DNA of 64,000 nucleotides from Eledone cirrhosa (GCA_964016885.1 OZ024740.1:395064001-395128000), one strand, 5' to 3'; positions 1 through 14,350 are shown, counted from the first letter of the stretch. The notes: a model not told the origin generated them from the letters alone. Made by a program: numbers and translations.

Positions 1-1658
1 TTGACAGAAGACAATACTATTATTTGAGGCACGCATTATGCCTATAATTTACGTTCTGATAATAATTTACATAAAATTGTTGGATTATTAGATATTATAC
101 ACACCATTTCATGGAACATTGTAGACGTCAGAGTCCCCTGAAATTTTGAAGTAGAAAATGTTCACAAATTAAATAAAATCCCTAAATTTAAACTTGATTA
201 CATGAGCTTTATGAAAGAGAAAATTTCATTCAATTGGAAATCATTTTTGCTTCAGAAAAATTGTCGGTATGTTATTACCCAATTTGGATTTTTTCATATT
301 GGACCCACAGTACAAATATTGGCAGTTCACTACAACAAATAAATGTGTGTGTGTGTACACATATATATCAACAAAGTGTAGTGGAAAAAAATTCATATAA
401 TGTATACATGCAAATAATATCACAGTCTAATTTCCTTTTTCATCAAAAGAGCAAATGGTCCAATCCGGTTGATGTAAACTGGAGCAAGGCATGATGATTG
501 ACAGTATTAGATAAAAAAACAAAAGGTAATGTATGTATGTGTTACCTTTGCCCGACCTTTCGTAAACAATTTCCATTCAGCTGATTTCTGGATGAGATTG
601 AACATCCTTCTTGCAAACTCACCCCATTTCCTCTGGAGATCTCTCCTAACTCCAATTACCTTAATCTATATTTATTATTGTACCTGGGAAGCCATCTCTG
701 AATGATATATATATAGAAAATAGTGCTGACTGGTACAACCCATGTCCTGGGGAGGGCATTATCAATTTAGATACGTTGCAGAGGCATTTACTCTTGTTTG
801 TGCCCTTGTGGCATCATTTGTATGGCATTTGATTATAAAATGTGTATATTATCAAATTTTGCCTCGGGTGCCAGGCTGACACTTGACATGATATGGGAAA
901 GAAGCAGAATTCAAAGGAAGTTTCAAATAATAATAAGGTAAAATAGAATTTGAATTATATTGCTACATTGAGATCTCATCTCAAATAATATCACCATTCT
1001 CTTGCTAACCTCTTCTCTCAAATAATATTGCCATTTTCTTTTAAAGAAATAGGTTATGACATAAAAACAGCTGCTTCTATCATGAAAAGAGGTGAAAAAA
1101 TTGTCATGTTTCCCAAAATCTCTTTAAAAGTTATGGTGTTGCTAAAGATTAAAGGAAGCTTAGAAATATTTCTATATTATGCAATTAGAATAAAATCAAT
1201 CTGTATTACTCAATATCCTGAGAATATTATATTGATGTTTTAATATTTCACACAGCTTCAGCCTCTATGAATTTGTTGTCTTCTTAAAATTAATTTATTA
1301 TTTTTATTATTACTATTATTATTCTATTTTTAGTAGCAAAAAAGAACACACATAATCACGCACTTTCAAACTTGCTAACACACATACAACTTACAACTTA
1401 CAAAAATAAAACGTGACAATTTTTTTTTATGTTCTCCACATTTGTGTAAGGTGTGAGCATGTGTATATGTATTAATACATACACCCTTTCTAACACAAAT
1501 AAGCATGTATATACATATATATATATCACAATCATCAATTTACATCTGTTTTCCCAACTTCCAAAGGTTGGACTATATGTGTGTGTGAGTTCTGAGTTCA
1601 ATTGGGGGTAACAACAGTAAGTAAGGTACTCAATGCATTAGTTGTGTGTAAACATCAT

Positions 1659-1785
1659 GTTTAATATAGAAATGGCTTCTACAGGACTAGAACTGTTTCA
1701 TTCAAAAGAAATCATCAGGAAAGCCCATATGATTTCTTTTGAATGAAACAGTTTTAGTCCTGTAGAAGCCATTTCTATATTAAAC
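1659..1785. repeat. Near-perfect 57-bp inverted repeat (fold-back) containing a degenerate minus-strand hammerhead motif
   Basis: Arms 1659-1715 and 1729-1785 are reverse complements with one mismatch and a 13-nt loop. The minus strand reads CTGATGA-tttc-tttt-gaat-GAAA-cagttctag-TC; stem I pairing is disrupted. Confidence 0.75.
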
Positions 1786-2544
1786 AGATATATATATATT
1801 AAAGCATGATATAATATATATATATATATGTATATATATATTAGAGCATGATATAATATATATATATTAGAGCATGATATATGATATATATATAATATAT
1901 ATATATGCTCTAACAACTCTGCCAGAAATGTAATCTATTGTGAGGGATTATTTTTAATAAACATGCAATATTAACCTGACTGTAAAAAATAATGAAAATG
2001 GTTGCAGCAGAAGTTTTATATCTCCCAAGGCAGAAAAGATAGTTTCTAATTTTGTTAAGCCTTCAGGCAGAAAAATAATACCCATCTTCTATCCACGAAA
2101 AGACTAGTAGCTTATAGTGAATTATGAATGAATTAATTAATGGTATATTTGACACTAGGAAGGGCATCCAGCTGTAGAAACCAAGCCAAAATCAGTTCTG
2201 TATGAGCATGACATGGTCACATGATCTAGCATTGCTCACAATAGGATAACTCGTCTAACCCATGCTAGCGTGGAAAAATGGAAGTTAAACAGTGATGATG
2301 ATATCAATATGCACACTGTAATGAAAATTAGACAGACCAGTTGAGCTGGATCCTAGTTTGTATACCTTATAAATATCTCCTATAAATTAATAATCTTTTT
2401 GTGGATGGATATTCTTTGTCTGTTGAAGCTCTAAGAAGAATAGAAAATAAGACCTCCTTCTTTGTTTGTAGTTAGTTTTTCCAAGTATAAATTTACCTCT
2501 GCTTTTACTTACTATTTTATTTAATGATCTGATATTTTGAATGA

Positions 2545-2765
2545 ATAATGGTTTCTGAGTTAGACACAAGGCCAACAATTTGGGGGGAGGGGAAAGTCGA
2601 TTAAATCGACGTCAGTGTGTTACAAGTACTTTATTTTATCGACACCGTAAGGACGAAAAGCAAAGCTCACTTCGGCAGGATTTGAACTCAGAACGTAAAG
2701 GGATGTAACTCTATGCTACAAAGCATGGTGTCTGATGCTCTAATGATACTGTCAATCCAATGCCT
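2545..2765 (-). mobile_element. tRNA-derived SINE family A, diverged copy
   Basis: Matches the family A blocks (cacaaggcc...actttattttatcgac...gtaagga.gaaa.gcaaag...ggatttgaactcag). Confidence 0.75.
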
Positions 2766-3228
2766 AATGAAATAAAGACTTAAAAAAACTTTGCTATATG
2801 TAATGAATATTCAATAATTATTAATCAATTTTGTAGGAATTGCACAGTTAATCAATTTAACAGTAACAGAAACTGTAACAGAAGCTATATCAACACCTTC
2901 TTCCTAAATCAGATATTATATATTTATGTCAATTAGCAAATGAGGATAAAAACTTTTTAACTCTTTATATTATTACATTTTTAAAATGTTCACCCATTTC
3001 ATCGGTAATTACCTCCAAATTTATTTCACATTTTTTAACGATAATATAATTAATGAATTGTATGTAAGAAAGATATATTCAAAATAAGATCTAATTATTT
3101 CAAATAATATAAAAATTACAGTTGTTTAACTAAAAACCAAATAATATATTCTCTTGTTTCCTCCAGTAACCTAAGAGAGTACATTTCTTTTAGTACATGG
3201 GGAATATATATATATATATTATACCAGC

Positions 3229-3640
3229 AATAATGGTCTCTAATTCAGGCACAAAGCCAACAATTTTGGGGGGGTGGGGTAGGTCAATAAAATCGACCCC
3301 AGCGCATTACTAGTGCTTTATTATATCGACCCTGTAAGGATGAAAGGCAAAGCAAACCGGAATGTAAAGGGCCATAACTCTATGCCGCAATGCATTTGTC
3401 TGATGCTCTACCAATACTGCCAATCAACTGCCCTTATATTACCAGTAATAATTGTTTCTACTTTTGGCACAAGGCCAGCAATTACCCAGTGTATTACTGG
3501 TACTTTATTTCATCGACCCCATGAGGATTAAAGGCAAAGTTAACCTCGGCGAGATTTGAACTGAGAATGGCAAGGACCGTAACTCTATGCGTCAAAGCAT
3601 GGCGTTCAACCCTCTACCAATACTGCCAATCCACCGCCCT
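3229..3640 (-). mobile_element. Two adjacent SINE family A copies
   Basis: Two copies of the consensus. The second is flanked by the direct repeat TATATTACCAGTAATAAT. Confidence 0.8.
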
Positions 3641-3874
3641 TTTTATTATATTATATTACCAGTAATAATGAAAGTTTTAATCCACTAAAGAGATCTAGCC
3701 AACATAACTTGTTAATATAAATGCACCTTTTTTAGGTTGTTAACAGTTTACAAGAATAGAATTCACTCGTTTGTTTTGGTGCTACCAATTATTTCAGTTG
3801 AGACCATCATTGAGACCCTTATCGAAATTACAGAAAACTCTAATGGAAATAGGCATGTTTCTTTATCATTGTCA

Positions 3875-4330
3875 TTACAAAAAGCCGGTTATATGATGTC
3901 TGTGTGAGGAGCGTGATGCTGCATGGTAGTGAGACATGGGCAGCAACTGCAGAGGATATGCTGGAGAGAAATGAGGCAAACATGCTCCATTGGATGTGCA
4001 GTGATCAATGTGCATGAACGACCGAGCATGGATGTGTTGAGAAACTGTGTCTGAGAGGGATAGATTGTAGTGTGCGAGAGAGGAGACTGCGATGGTATGG
4101 ACATGTGATGCGTGTGGAGAATGACCGATGGTTGAAGAAGTGCCACGAAATGCCAGTTGTAGGAAGACATGGTAGAGGTAGATCACGAAAAACATGGGCG
4201 GAGATGGTGAGAGCAGACCTCAGATCGCTGAAGCTCACAGTGGAGATGATGAAGGACCGTGACAAGTGGAGAGATGCTGTGCCACCCTTGCAAACAGGGA
4301 AAAACGGACGTAAAATGATGATGATGATGA
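3875..4330 (+). mobile_element. RTE-clade LINE 3' fragment (ORF2 C-terminus plus tail)
   Basis: Translates to ERRLRWYGHVMR...GRGRSRKTWAEMVRADL...DRDKWR, followed by the tail CCACCCTTGCAAACAGGGAAAAACGGACGTAAAA(TGA)n. Confidence 0.85.
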
Positions 4331-4764
4331 TTATAATCATGATGCCTGTTGGACCTCTGTTTGATCAACAAAACAACCTGCCTGTAAAGTTAATATGCAA
4401 GCAGCTGAACATTCCACAGATACCTGTACCTTTAACAATATTTCCCAGGAGATTCAGTGGGATACTATGCAGCAAAGCTTGCCTTTTTAGTAACAGATAC
4501 AACTAAATTTTGGCTGCTAAGTGAACTGAACAAGAACACAACACACCAATGGTAATTCAGCTCATGATCTTACAATTGTAAGCAGAACACATTAATGTTT
4601 AAGCCACATACCTTCATTAAGGTCAGTAGAATGGCAGAATCCATGGTATTAATTATGCCCTTTTACAATATGAGGTCAAATTCACTTATATATAATTGGT
4701 CAATAAAGTAAATTACCAGTCGTGCAATGAAGTTGATTTAATTGACTATACCCACCTAACAAAA

Positions 4765-5690
4765 AGCAGGTGGAAGTGAGTTTAATGACGAATTCAAGGT
4801 ACAGATTGGAGTGCATCAGGGATCATTCATATGGTTCTTATAACTGAATCCCTGGAAGAGTTAAATAATTGTTTCTACTTTTCGGCACAAGGCCAGCAAT
4901 TACCGAGTGCATTACTGGTACTTTATTTTATCGACCCCGTAAGGATGAAAGGCAAAGTCAACCTCGGCGGGATTTGAACTCAGATCGTAAAGGAAAGCAT
5001 GGCGTCCGACCCTCCACCGATACTGCCAATCCACCGCCCCTGGAAGAGTTAAATAATAAGATCTGACTGTAGAAACAGAACTTAGAATCAAAAGGGTTGA
5101 GAGTAAACTTGGTGAAAACTAAAGTGTTAGTAAGTAGGGAATAAGACAGAGCCCTGATTCCGAGAGGGAAGTGGCCCTGTTCAATATATAGAAAATTCTA
5201 CATGATGCACACACTGTTAATCTTGGGTACACGAGTGGTGTCATGAGATAGCATGCAGACAAATAGGAAAGCAAGACTGTATGCAACAGATGTACATGGA
5301 TAATTGATAGTAAGAGTATCAGAGATATAAACCTTTTCCAGTCCCAGGAAGGATCCATAGAAGTGGTTAATAGCTTCTACTACCTAGGTAATCTAATTAG
5401 CAGTGGAGGAGGGTATTCCATAAACATGGTAGCTAGAATAAGGGCAGGATAAAAGAGGGTTACGGAGCTACTACTTCTGCTGACAACCATAATGTTCTCC
5501 CTATGAATGAAAGGCCAGCTGTATGATGCCTGTATACAAAGTGCAATGTTAAATAGTAGAAAATGCTGAAGATATGTGAAGGGTGGAGAGAAAGAAAATA
5601 AGCATGCTTCAATGGATGTGCAATGTTAATGTGCATAAGTGACAAAGCATGTATTAACTGAGAGAAAAAATGTATAAAAGGATCATGTGT
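4765..5690 (+). mobile_element. Degenerate RTE LINE RT-region fragment, interrupted by a SINE
   Basis: Remnant motifs VQIGVHQGS, LESKGLRVNLVKTKVL, YLGNLISSGGG and MLQWMC; similar to 11900-12400. Confidence 0.7.
4864..5037 (-). mobile_element. SINE family A with 20-bp target-site duplication
   Basis: On the minus strand: A-box-like TGGCAGTATCGG, B-box GAGTTCAAATCC and an ATT tail. CCCTGGAAGAGTTAAATAAT is duplicated at 4850-4869 and 5038-5057. Confidence 0.9.
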
Positions 5691-6229
5691 GAATATATAT
5701 ATATTTTTTTTTTATCTTTCTGCCTATGTATCTGTTTTTTTGTTAATCTATCCATCCATCCATCTACTTGTCTGTCTATCAATCTATCTATCTATTTATC
5801 TGTTTGTCTGTCTATTTAGACAACCATCTACATGTCTATCTTTCTATTTGTGTATCTGTCTATCTTCTGCTTCAATGAATTTTTCAAATGACAGTGAATT
5901 GATGAGAAGTGTGCCAGTGAACACATAACTTCAGCTTTCTCCAAATAAATTTGTTTTCTGTGATATTTCATTACTGATCAGATTTCATTCTAATTTATTA
6001 AGGTTTAGATATCTTGAAGAATTCCAATTAGATCAAATGCATTTCAATATATTTCCACTTTCATGATTGCATAAGGAAATATTAAGTTCTGTTCATTCTT
6101 TCCAAATACCACCACCACCACCAGCACAATTAACATACCCACCACTGTCATCATCACTATTACCATCACAACTAACTAGCATACATACATAAATACATAC
6201 ATAAATACATACATACATACATACATACA

Positions 6230-6278
<49 letters not shown>

Positions 6279-6591
6279 TCATTTATTTATGATGATTGCT
6301 TCCTATCAGATGATAGCCATCTCATTTTTCATTGTTCAGTAAAACTCTTTCCACTATCTATTCTCTAAAGTGACTATCAAAACCAGTTGAGGATTTTATA
6401 AGGTCTAGAGCAAACATAACATCAACACTCAACATCTCTAAAGGATTGATTGAGTGTTTCTGTAAAATGACATTCTAGTGCTTATGACTTTACAATCCAA
6501 GTTTGGATGTATGTACTTTTTAGTAGTATTTTACAAATGTGGAGGTCAGAGATTTGTATTTATAAGTGTGTGTGTGATTTGATGTGTTTAA

Positions 6592-6809
6592 CCCTTTAGC
6601 ATTTACATTACTCTATATATACTATTGTATTTTCATAGTAAAGGCATTACCTCACATAATATCTCATATAATATCGAATCTATGAGATTTTGATATTATT
6701 TATTTTGAGAACAATACCTTAATATTAGTATGAGTGACTAGTTACAGCTGGTTTGAACAGAAAAGTGAGAGAATTCTGGCCAGATACGGTCAGTTTAAAT
6801 GCTAAAGGG
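6592..6809. mobile_element. piggyBac-type MITE
   Basis: TTAA on both sides and 14-bp TIRs CCCTTTAGCATTTA / TAAATGCTAAAGGG. Other copies at 45236 and 48856. Confidence 0.85.
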
Positions 6810-9498
6810 TTAATATAACTTATTTTCAAAAGAAGAACATAACAGTATAACACTTTTAGATCTTCACCAGACTCCAACAGAGTGATGCCAGTAAAAGTAT
6901 TACATTAAAAGTATTTATATCTTTTCCTTTGTGTTTTAGATTCAGAATTCTATCAATATATTCTATCAATATAGCAAAGGAGCTTGTTATCAGATTAAGT
7001 AGGGTAGATGAAACCTTTTTGACCTCATTTCGGAACAGTTTACAAAGTGCTGGAGCCTTGCATGCATTGATCTCCTTAAATGCCAGAACCATATATACAT
7101 ACACACACACACACATGATATATATAGATATATATATACACACACATGTGTGCACATACACACATGTTTAGTGTTAATTTAAAGAGTTGCCAGTTAAAAA
7201 TGATTTAGAGAAGAGTTGTCATTAACTGAAGCAGCACTTTATTACTATAAATAAAATTAACAATTTCCTATAAGCTTGCCAAAATAACAATAATAAAAAT
7301 TGAACAGAGATATATAATGTTGAGTACAATCGAAGAAAATGATATTTATAACAACATTCACTGAAGGAAAACAGATTATGATACAAGTTATTAAGTGACT
7401 TCAATTGTTTGGCAAATGTCTTTACATAGAAAAATATTAATATTAGCATTTAAATATCTCAGTCTGAGTTAAGCTTAAATTATTTGGGAAATATGTGTGT
7501 GTAATAAAATGATGTGAGTTTAGATACATGAGAACAAACTTAATCAAAAATACACAAACTTCATATGAGGACCACAAATCAAAGTGAGAAGAGTTCTGCT
7601 AGAAAACAAGATGTTTTGTGTACATATGTTCTTATTGATCAAAATGTTCTCTGTAGTTGACTGACTTTCTCTTATCCTATCTTTCTATACCTATCCTTTT
7701 TCCTACCTATATACCCCTCTCTAATCTACATTTATTCCCTCTCTCTATTTCCTACTAACTATTTGCTTATCCAAGTGTCTCCCTTATCTTATATCTCTCT
7801 CTTACACACAATCCTCTCTACAATATAGCACCTAGAGCTATAAGATTTTAGATTAAAATTGAAGGTCTATATTTGGAAGAAATGAATTTTATATGCAATG
7901 ACAGCAACCTGTCTAGGAGAGCAGTAATTCTGAATAAAATTATATAGAGGAAGCATCATGTAAAGACACACCTGCCTAAGAAGACAATAATTGAATGAAA
8001 ATTGCTAGTTTAGAGGGAACACTTCAATCATGGGAGACAATCCCTTTAATGTTGGTGATATGATAAACAGATGCAATCCACTGTGTAAAGTGGTTGGTAG
8101 TAAAAAGTGTATTAAAAGAGTAAATCCATGCCAAAGTATGAAAGAGAACATAAAAATGAATAAGCTTTACTGTGTAAACAGAGCTAATGCTAACCATGTT
8201 TGTAGTGGGGTTGACTGGCATAACTGTCTGTTGACTCTCCTAATTTCATCCACCCTTTCATAGTTTTATTTTTCATAAAATTACAGCCCTCATTAAGCTG
8301 GCTAGGAAGGTTGCTGAGTTGCCAATGCCAAACCATGCAAAAGTTTGTACCAGGTTACATGTTACCAATATGTACATACACCTTCACTATCTGAGAACAG
8401 GATATAGCAACTCAATATAAAACCAGAATTTATCCATATTTTAAATACTGTGGAATATTCCAATAAAAACAGTAATCTTGAGCAAACACAACAAACCTGC
8501 TATTTTTCTATGGGACGGGAAATAAAAATTATGCATTGTGCTAGAGGCTAGCTGCCCAATGGATGAGAATGTATCATCTAAGGTTGACAATAGAAAGAAC
8601 ATCTATAGTAAACTAATATAGAATGTACAGCACATTTGTCTTGACTATATATCCACATTTGCACCTATTATCATAGGTTCAGTGAACAATGTTACTACAG
8701 ATTTGAATAATTGCCTGGAAATGCTTACATCCCACAAATCTAATGGACTCATTGTACAGTTAAGATCTGCAAGGTATTTCAAAGATTCTCAATTTTAGTG
8801 TCCTGGAATGAATATATGAATGCAACTACATGCATGTATATGCCAAACACACATATTCACACACACAAAGTGTAAGCAAGCACATAGACATACACACACA
8901 AATATTTGTATACTAAAGTGACACATCCACTCATGAGTGCAAGAAGACACCCATACATATATGCAAACACTAACTCTCATTTGCAAATCCCTGGAACAGT
9001 CTTGACTCCAATAAAATTACAAGATTTTTATGTGCGTGTGTGTGACTGGCTTCAATTTCGTAATGAACTTAAATTTCCAAGAAAAATACATACATATCCT
9101 ATCCCATTACACTAACGTTTCACACTAGACCACCACCAAATATAAACATATCAATTATTGATTCTTATCAGTCTTTTTCTAAATGATCTTCTATATCTAT
9201 TCTGACAAGTCATATTGTTATTGGTCATAAACAACAAAGTAATTGCACTAACTAACAATATTAGTCTAATATTCCCTTACATTTTATTATCAAATACAAA
9301 TATTTCTCAACTTTCCTTTCATCTTTTATCTAATCGGATCTTGACTTTTTTTTAACTTCTTACTTTTATTACTTTTATTATTTTTTTTTAATATCTTTTT
9401 GGTTTACGGTCACATTTTTTAATGTTTCTCAGTTTTTTTTTACTTTTATTCCTTAAAATTAGTTCATATTTCATACATACACAAACACACATGTTTGT

Positions 9499-9848
9499 AT
9501 CATCATCATCATCATCATTTTACGTCCACTTTTCCCTGCTTGCAAGGGTGGGATGGGAACAGATTCTGGCTTGATTTCTACAGCTGGATGCCCTTCCTAA
9601 CACCAACCTCATTTACAGTGAGTGCTGGGTGCTTTTTTGCCATGGCAGTTCCACGACCACTTTGCAGTGGAATGATATGAACCCCAGTCCCTATCATCTC
9701 ATTTCTACAGCTGAGTAAACTGGAGCAATGTGAAATAAAGTGTCTTGCCCAAGAAAACAACACACCACCCGGTCTGAGAATTGAACTCACAACCTTTCGA
9801 TTGCAAGGCCAATGCTAAGCCATGCTAAGCCACTAAACCATGTGCCTC
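9499..9848 (-). mobile_element. SINE family B (tRNA head, conserved core, RTE-derived tail)
   Basis: Reverse-complement match to the full-length copy at 39643-39976; ends in (GAT)n. Confidence 0.85.
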
Positions 9849-9880
<32 letters not shown>

Positions 9881-9899
9881 TTGAGTATATATATATATG

Positions 9900-12405
9900 A
9901 TGGCTGCAACTCGATTTCAAGTAATGCCACCGCTTGATACTTAAGCATGGGCATCACGGACGTGGCTTTTTAGTTCTGCTAGGGACTTGCCTATGGCCAG
10001 CAATACTATGCATTGCAAAAAATGTCACATATCAAGTGATGCCTATGCATGAAGCTTTTTAAGTGAGGAAAGGCTTTGCATAGGGCCAATCCCACTCTCT
10101 GAACATTGAATGCAGGACTAGTCTACATCATTGGATGCTAACAAAGTCGCAAATTTTATATCAGAGTGACCTTCTCCTAGAGAGATGTCTTAATGAAGAC
10201 TAGTTTTCTCTTCAGCGATACAGGTAACATGTAACCCAGTACAATCTCTGCATGGTCGGGTCATCAGTAAATACACGAACCCCACCAAGCTTGCTTGGTG
10301 GCAGGTGAATTTGGACACCCTGTGGGAGGAAAAACAAAACCCATCAAAGGGCAGAGGAACTCAAGAGAGCCAATGGCCATTCAATAAAGTTTTTTTTCAT
10401 GGAGCAAGATATATATATATATATATATACATATATATATAATGTATATATATATATTATGGGATACATCGTGCATATGGGTTTGGTGCAAGAAATGAAG
10501 AAGGATCCAAACCCCTTGAATTCTATGATGATAATGAACTGACAATCTATAATACTAACTTCAAAAAAACCTGACAACTACTTGATCACCTATAAATCAG
10601 GTGAGCACACCAGCCAAATAGATTTCATCCTCACCAGAAAGTGAGATAGTGATGGCCGTACACACAACGTCCCTCCCGGGTGAGGAATGCACCTCCCAGC
10701 ATAACCTATTTGAGAGTGACTTGCTAATTAGAGCTAGATAAACCCAGAGATGGAGGGCAACCTGGAGGAGGAGGATATGGAAACTGAAGGAACCCTCAGC
10801 TTGCAACAAATTTAAGGATATCTTATTTGATGCTTTTGAAAATAAGGAAGAAGAAATAGTGACATACGATATAGAGGAACAGTGTTCTGAGAGACAATCT
10901 ACTGAAGACCACAAATGAGGTATGTGGCAAGTGCAGGGGTCCAGGGAGTAGAAGAGTGACTTGGTGGAGGAATAGTAGGGTAGATGAAACACTTAAGACC
11001 AAGAGACAGGCATGAAATGAATAGCAGATAGATTTACCAAGTGACCCAGAGAGAGGCAAGGTGGCACCTGTACTTTACAAGGAGGGAAGTGGAAAGTAAA
11101 GAATTTATGCATGTTATGCAGCATGATGGCCAAAAATACGAGGTATTCAGAATCACAAGGCAGTGTGTCAGGGAAAACTGTGATGTTGTGGCATTATGAT
11201 AATGGTGCACTTGCCACTCACTGAAACCAAAAAGACGGTAGCATGAAAGTGTCATTATGGCAGACTGATGAATGTGGAGGATGTGTGGGAGGAAGATAGC
11301 CTGAAGCATGTGGACCTTAAAAAGGGACCAGCAGTATAAGTCAGCAGCAGTGTAGTAAGTAAGGCAATTAAGGAGATGAAAACAGGCAAAGTAGCGGGGT
11401 CATCGAGAATAGTTGCTCAGATACTAAAAGCATCTGGGATAGTAGGACACACCATAACTACCTATATTGTTAACCAAGTGATTCAAAATGATGCCATACC
11501 CAATGACTGGTGTATTGGAATCTTTGTCAACTGCTACAAGGGCAAAGGTGATGCACAAGCAGAGGGAACTATCATGGCATCAAACTGATGGACCAGGTCA
11601 TGAAAGTTACAGAAATAATCATTGAACAACTGATTAGGGAGCAAATTAACCTGGATGAGATGCAGTTTGGATTTGTGCAAGAAAATAGCACCAACGATGC
11701 TTTCTTTCTTGTGAGGTGACTGCAGGAGAAATATCTAACTAAAAGCAAACTTTTCTACTTAGCATTTGTCGACCTAGAGAAGGCTTTTGACAGGGTCCTC
11801 CATTCTGTAATCTGGTGGGCTTGTAGGAAATTTGGAGTAGACAAGTGGCTAGTGAGGGCAGTAAAGCTACAGACAGAGGTGTTGTCAGCAAGGTTAAATT
11901 TAATAATCACTATAACAAGGAGTTTAGTGTACAAGTTGGGATCCACTAAGGTTCCGTCCTTTGCTTTCTCCTGTTTATTATTGTCCTCCAGACTATAACA
12001 AAAGAGTTTAAAACAGGATGTCCATGAGAACTCCTGTATGCTGATGATCTAATGCTCGTAGCAGAATCTATGACAGAACTAGAGAAAAATTCCTGGCTTG
12101 GAAGCATAACCTGGAATCAGAAGGTCTTAAAGTCAACTTGACGAAGACCAAAGTTCTAGTAAGTAGTAATAAAAACAAGGTCCTGATCCCTTCTGGGAAA
12201 TGGTCCTACTCAGGTTTTAGGAAAGGAGTGGGTAAAAATTCCATCCTCTGACCCTAAGGCAATCTATGTTGTGGGATCTCATGCAGGTTAGCTAAGAAGA
12301 TAGGTTTTACTTCTGGCTCTTCTGGCCACAGTACAGGAGTAACAAACACTCACAGGAAACAAGTGCTATCAAATTCTTGGGAGGTTCCATAGAAGCAGTT
12401 GACAG
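9900..12405 (+). mobile_element. Large degenerate RTE LINE (APE endonuclease C-terminus plus reverse transcriptase)
   Basis: Frameshifted motifs SGEHTSQIDFILTR, MKTGKVAGSSRIVAQILK, YKGKGDA, QFGF, AFVDLEKAFDRV, LLYADDL and GLKVNLTKTK. The 5' boundary is uncertain. Confidence 0.85.
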
Positions 12406-13799
12406 GGAAAAAAACATATTGTAGTTAGTCCTCCATATTTATATATTATTATAGTTCATTTGCAGTCAATGACGTCATTAGGAAAAAAACCCCACAAAAC
12501 TGCAAGCTATAGACATTAGTCATATTTCAGGGAGATGCATACAAATTGCTGAACAAGATTTTGAAAAATGTCTCATGGGAAAGAATGAGACAAAAAAAGA
12601 AAGAAAAGTGATAGAGAACAGGTAACTTTGGTATGAAACTTGTAAATTTCAAACTGACATTTTACTTAGATTTTACTTCTGTGTTTGATTGAAATGTTCT
12701 TTTGAGAAATGGTATAGACCTGTGTTGCTTCTGACATTGAGTATTCCAATTGTTCAATCAACAGAACAGCTTGCTCATGAAATTAACGTGTGACTGAGCA
12801 TTCCAGACATGTGTATGCTTAATGTATTTCTTGGAGACTTAGTGAGACAATATGTGACAGGGTGGCCCTGTGAATTACAGTTATGGTTCATTCAATAGGC
12901 TTCCAAACAATTTTCATCTACCCAATTTTATACACAAAGCTTGGCCTATCTGAGGTTATTAAAAATGACATGCAGTGGGATCGAACCAAGGACCTAATGA
13001 TTGCAAAATGAACTTCTAAACCATTTGGCCATGTTAAAATGAAAAGGTTCTTTTATAAAATAATGATAAAAAAATTCTAGTGACATGCTGCAATTATCAT
13101 CTTCATCAGGAGAAACATCTCAAACAATTAGTGAACTTCATTTCAAGGATATCTGTACTGTTAAGTATGTGTTTATATTTAGTACAATATTTAAACCAAT
13201 AACATAAGACTCTGGTGTAAAAATACCAAGCTATCTGATGGCATAACCTGGCAATTATTCAAAAGGTGTAATGTCATTTCTCAAAACAACATATCAGTTA
13301 AAAGTAGTTGATCAATCATTCAATAATGTTTACCAAGGAAAAGTATTAATTGATATAAATGGAACAAATAGTGGCAATAGACCTAAGCTCTCTTGGGTTC
13401 ACACCAGGCACTGAAATGTTCTGTTTCATTCTTGCTTTCTTTCTCCTTCTCTGCATTTACATACCTTACAATTTGTCTGTCCATAACTCTCTCTTTCTCC
13501 CCCTCTCTTTGTCTCTGTCCATCTGTAAGTCTTTCTGGAATTGGAAAATGTGAATATTTGCCAATATCATTGTTAACAATAACCAATATATTTGGTGCAC
13601 CAGTTGTGCTTTGTGCAGAAAATTATAGCACCAGCACATATTATATATTTATATATATATGAGTATGTTAACATACACACTCACATATACATAAACAAAC
13701 CCATACATAAAGATAGATATGCACACACACACACATACATTTATATGTGTGCGTATGTATACACACATACACATACATCTACACAAGAAGTGAGATCAA

Positions 13800-14350
13800 A
13801 GCTATGCTAACAGAGAAAAGTGTGTGGCAGATGCACATAGGTAGTTATTCTTCCCAATCATAGTAGTTGATAATTTTTGGTGACCAAATTAGCAATGGTA
13901 CTATGATAACATAGTCGCCAGATTAGGAGGTGGTAAAAGTTCAAGGAACTACTACATCTACAGGCATCAATGAGCAAAGGGCAGATAATATGAGCAAAGA
14001 GTAGATTATATGACGCCTGCATGCAAAGAGGGATGTTGCATGTTAGTGGGATATGGGCACTGAATGCAAACGATTTGCGGTGGTTAAATGAAATGAGACT
14101 AGCATGATCTGCTTGATGTGTAATGTACATGAACGTTGAAGCACAAATGAGGGGAATGTAAACTGGGCATAAAAGGAATCGGGAGTAGTAAACAGGAGAA
14201 ATGATGATGCTTGTATGGGTATGTGATGTGTATGGATGTTGATAACTGGGTGACAACATGTCAAGAGTTTGAAGTGGAAGGAAACTGCCGAAAAGGAAGA
14301 CCAAAGAAAAATTGGGGAAAGTTAATAAAAGCTGATCTCAGGACACTGAA
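13800..14350 (+). mobile_element. RTE LINE ORF2 C-terminal relic
   Basis: Degenerate KFKELL, LYDAC and LVWVCDV (WYGHV-like) segments, and a GRP-like segment; homologous to 5200-5690. Confidence 0.65.

Noticed and set aside
9900-10400. Possible HDV-like ribozyme at the RTE 5' end
   Set aside because: Plausible for RTE elements in general, but I could not assemble the nested double pseudoknot by eye.
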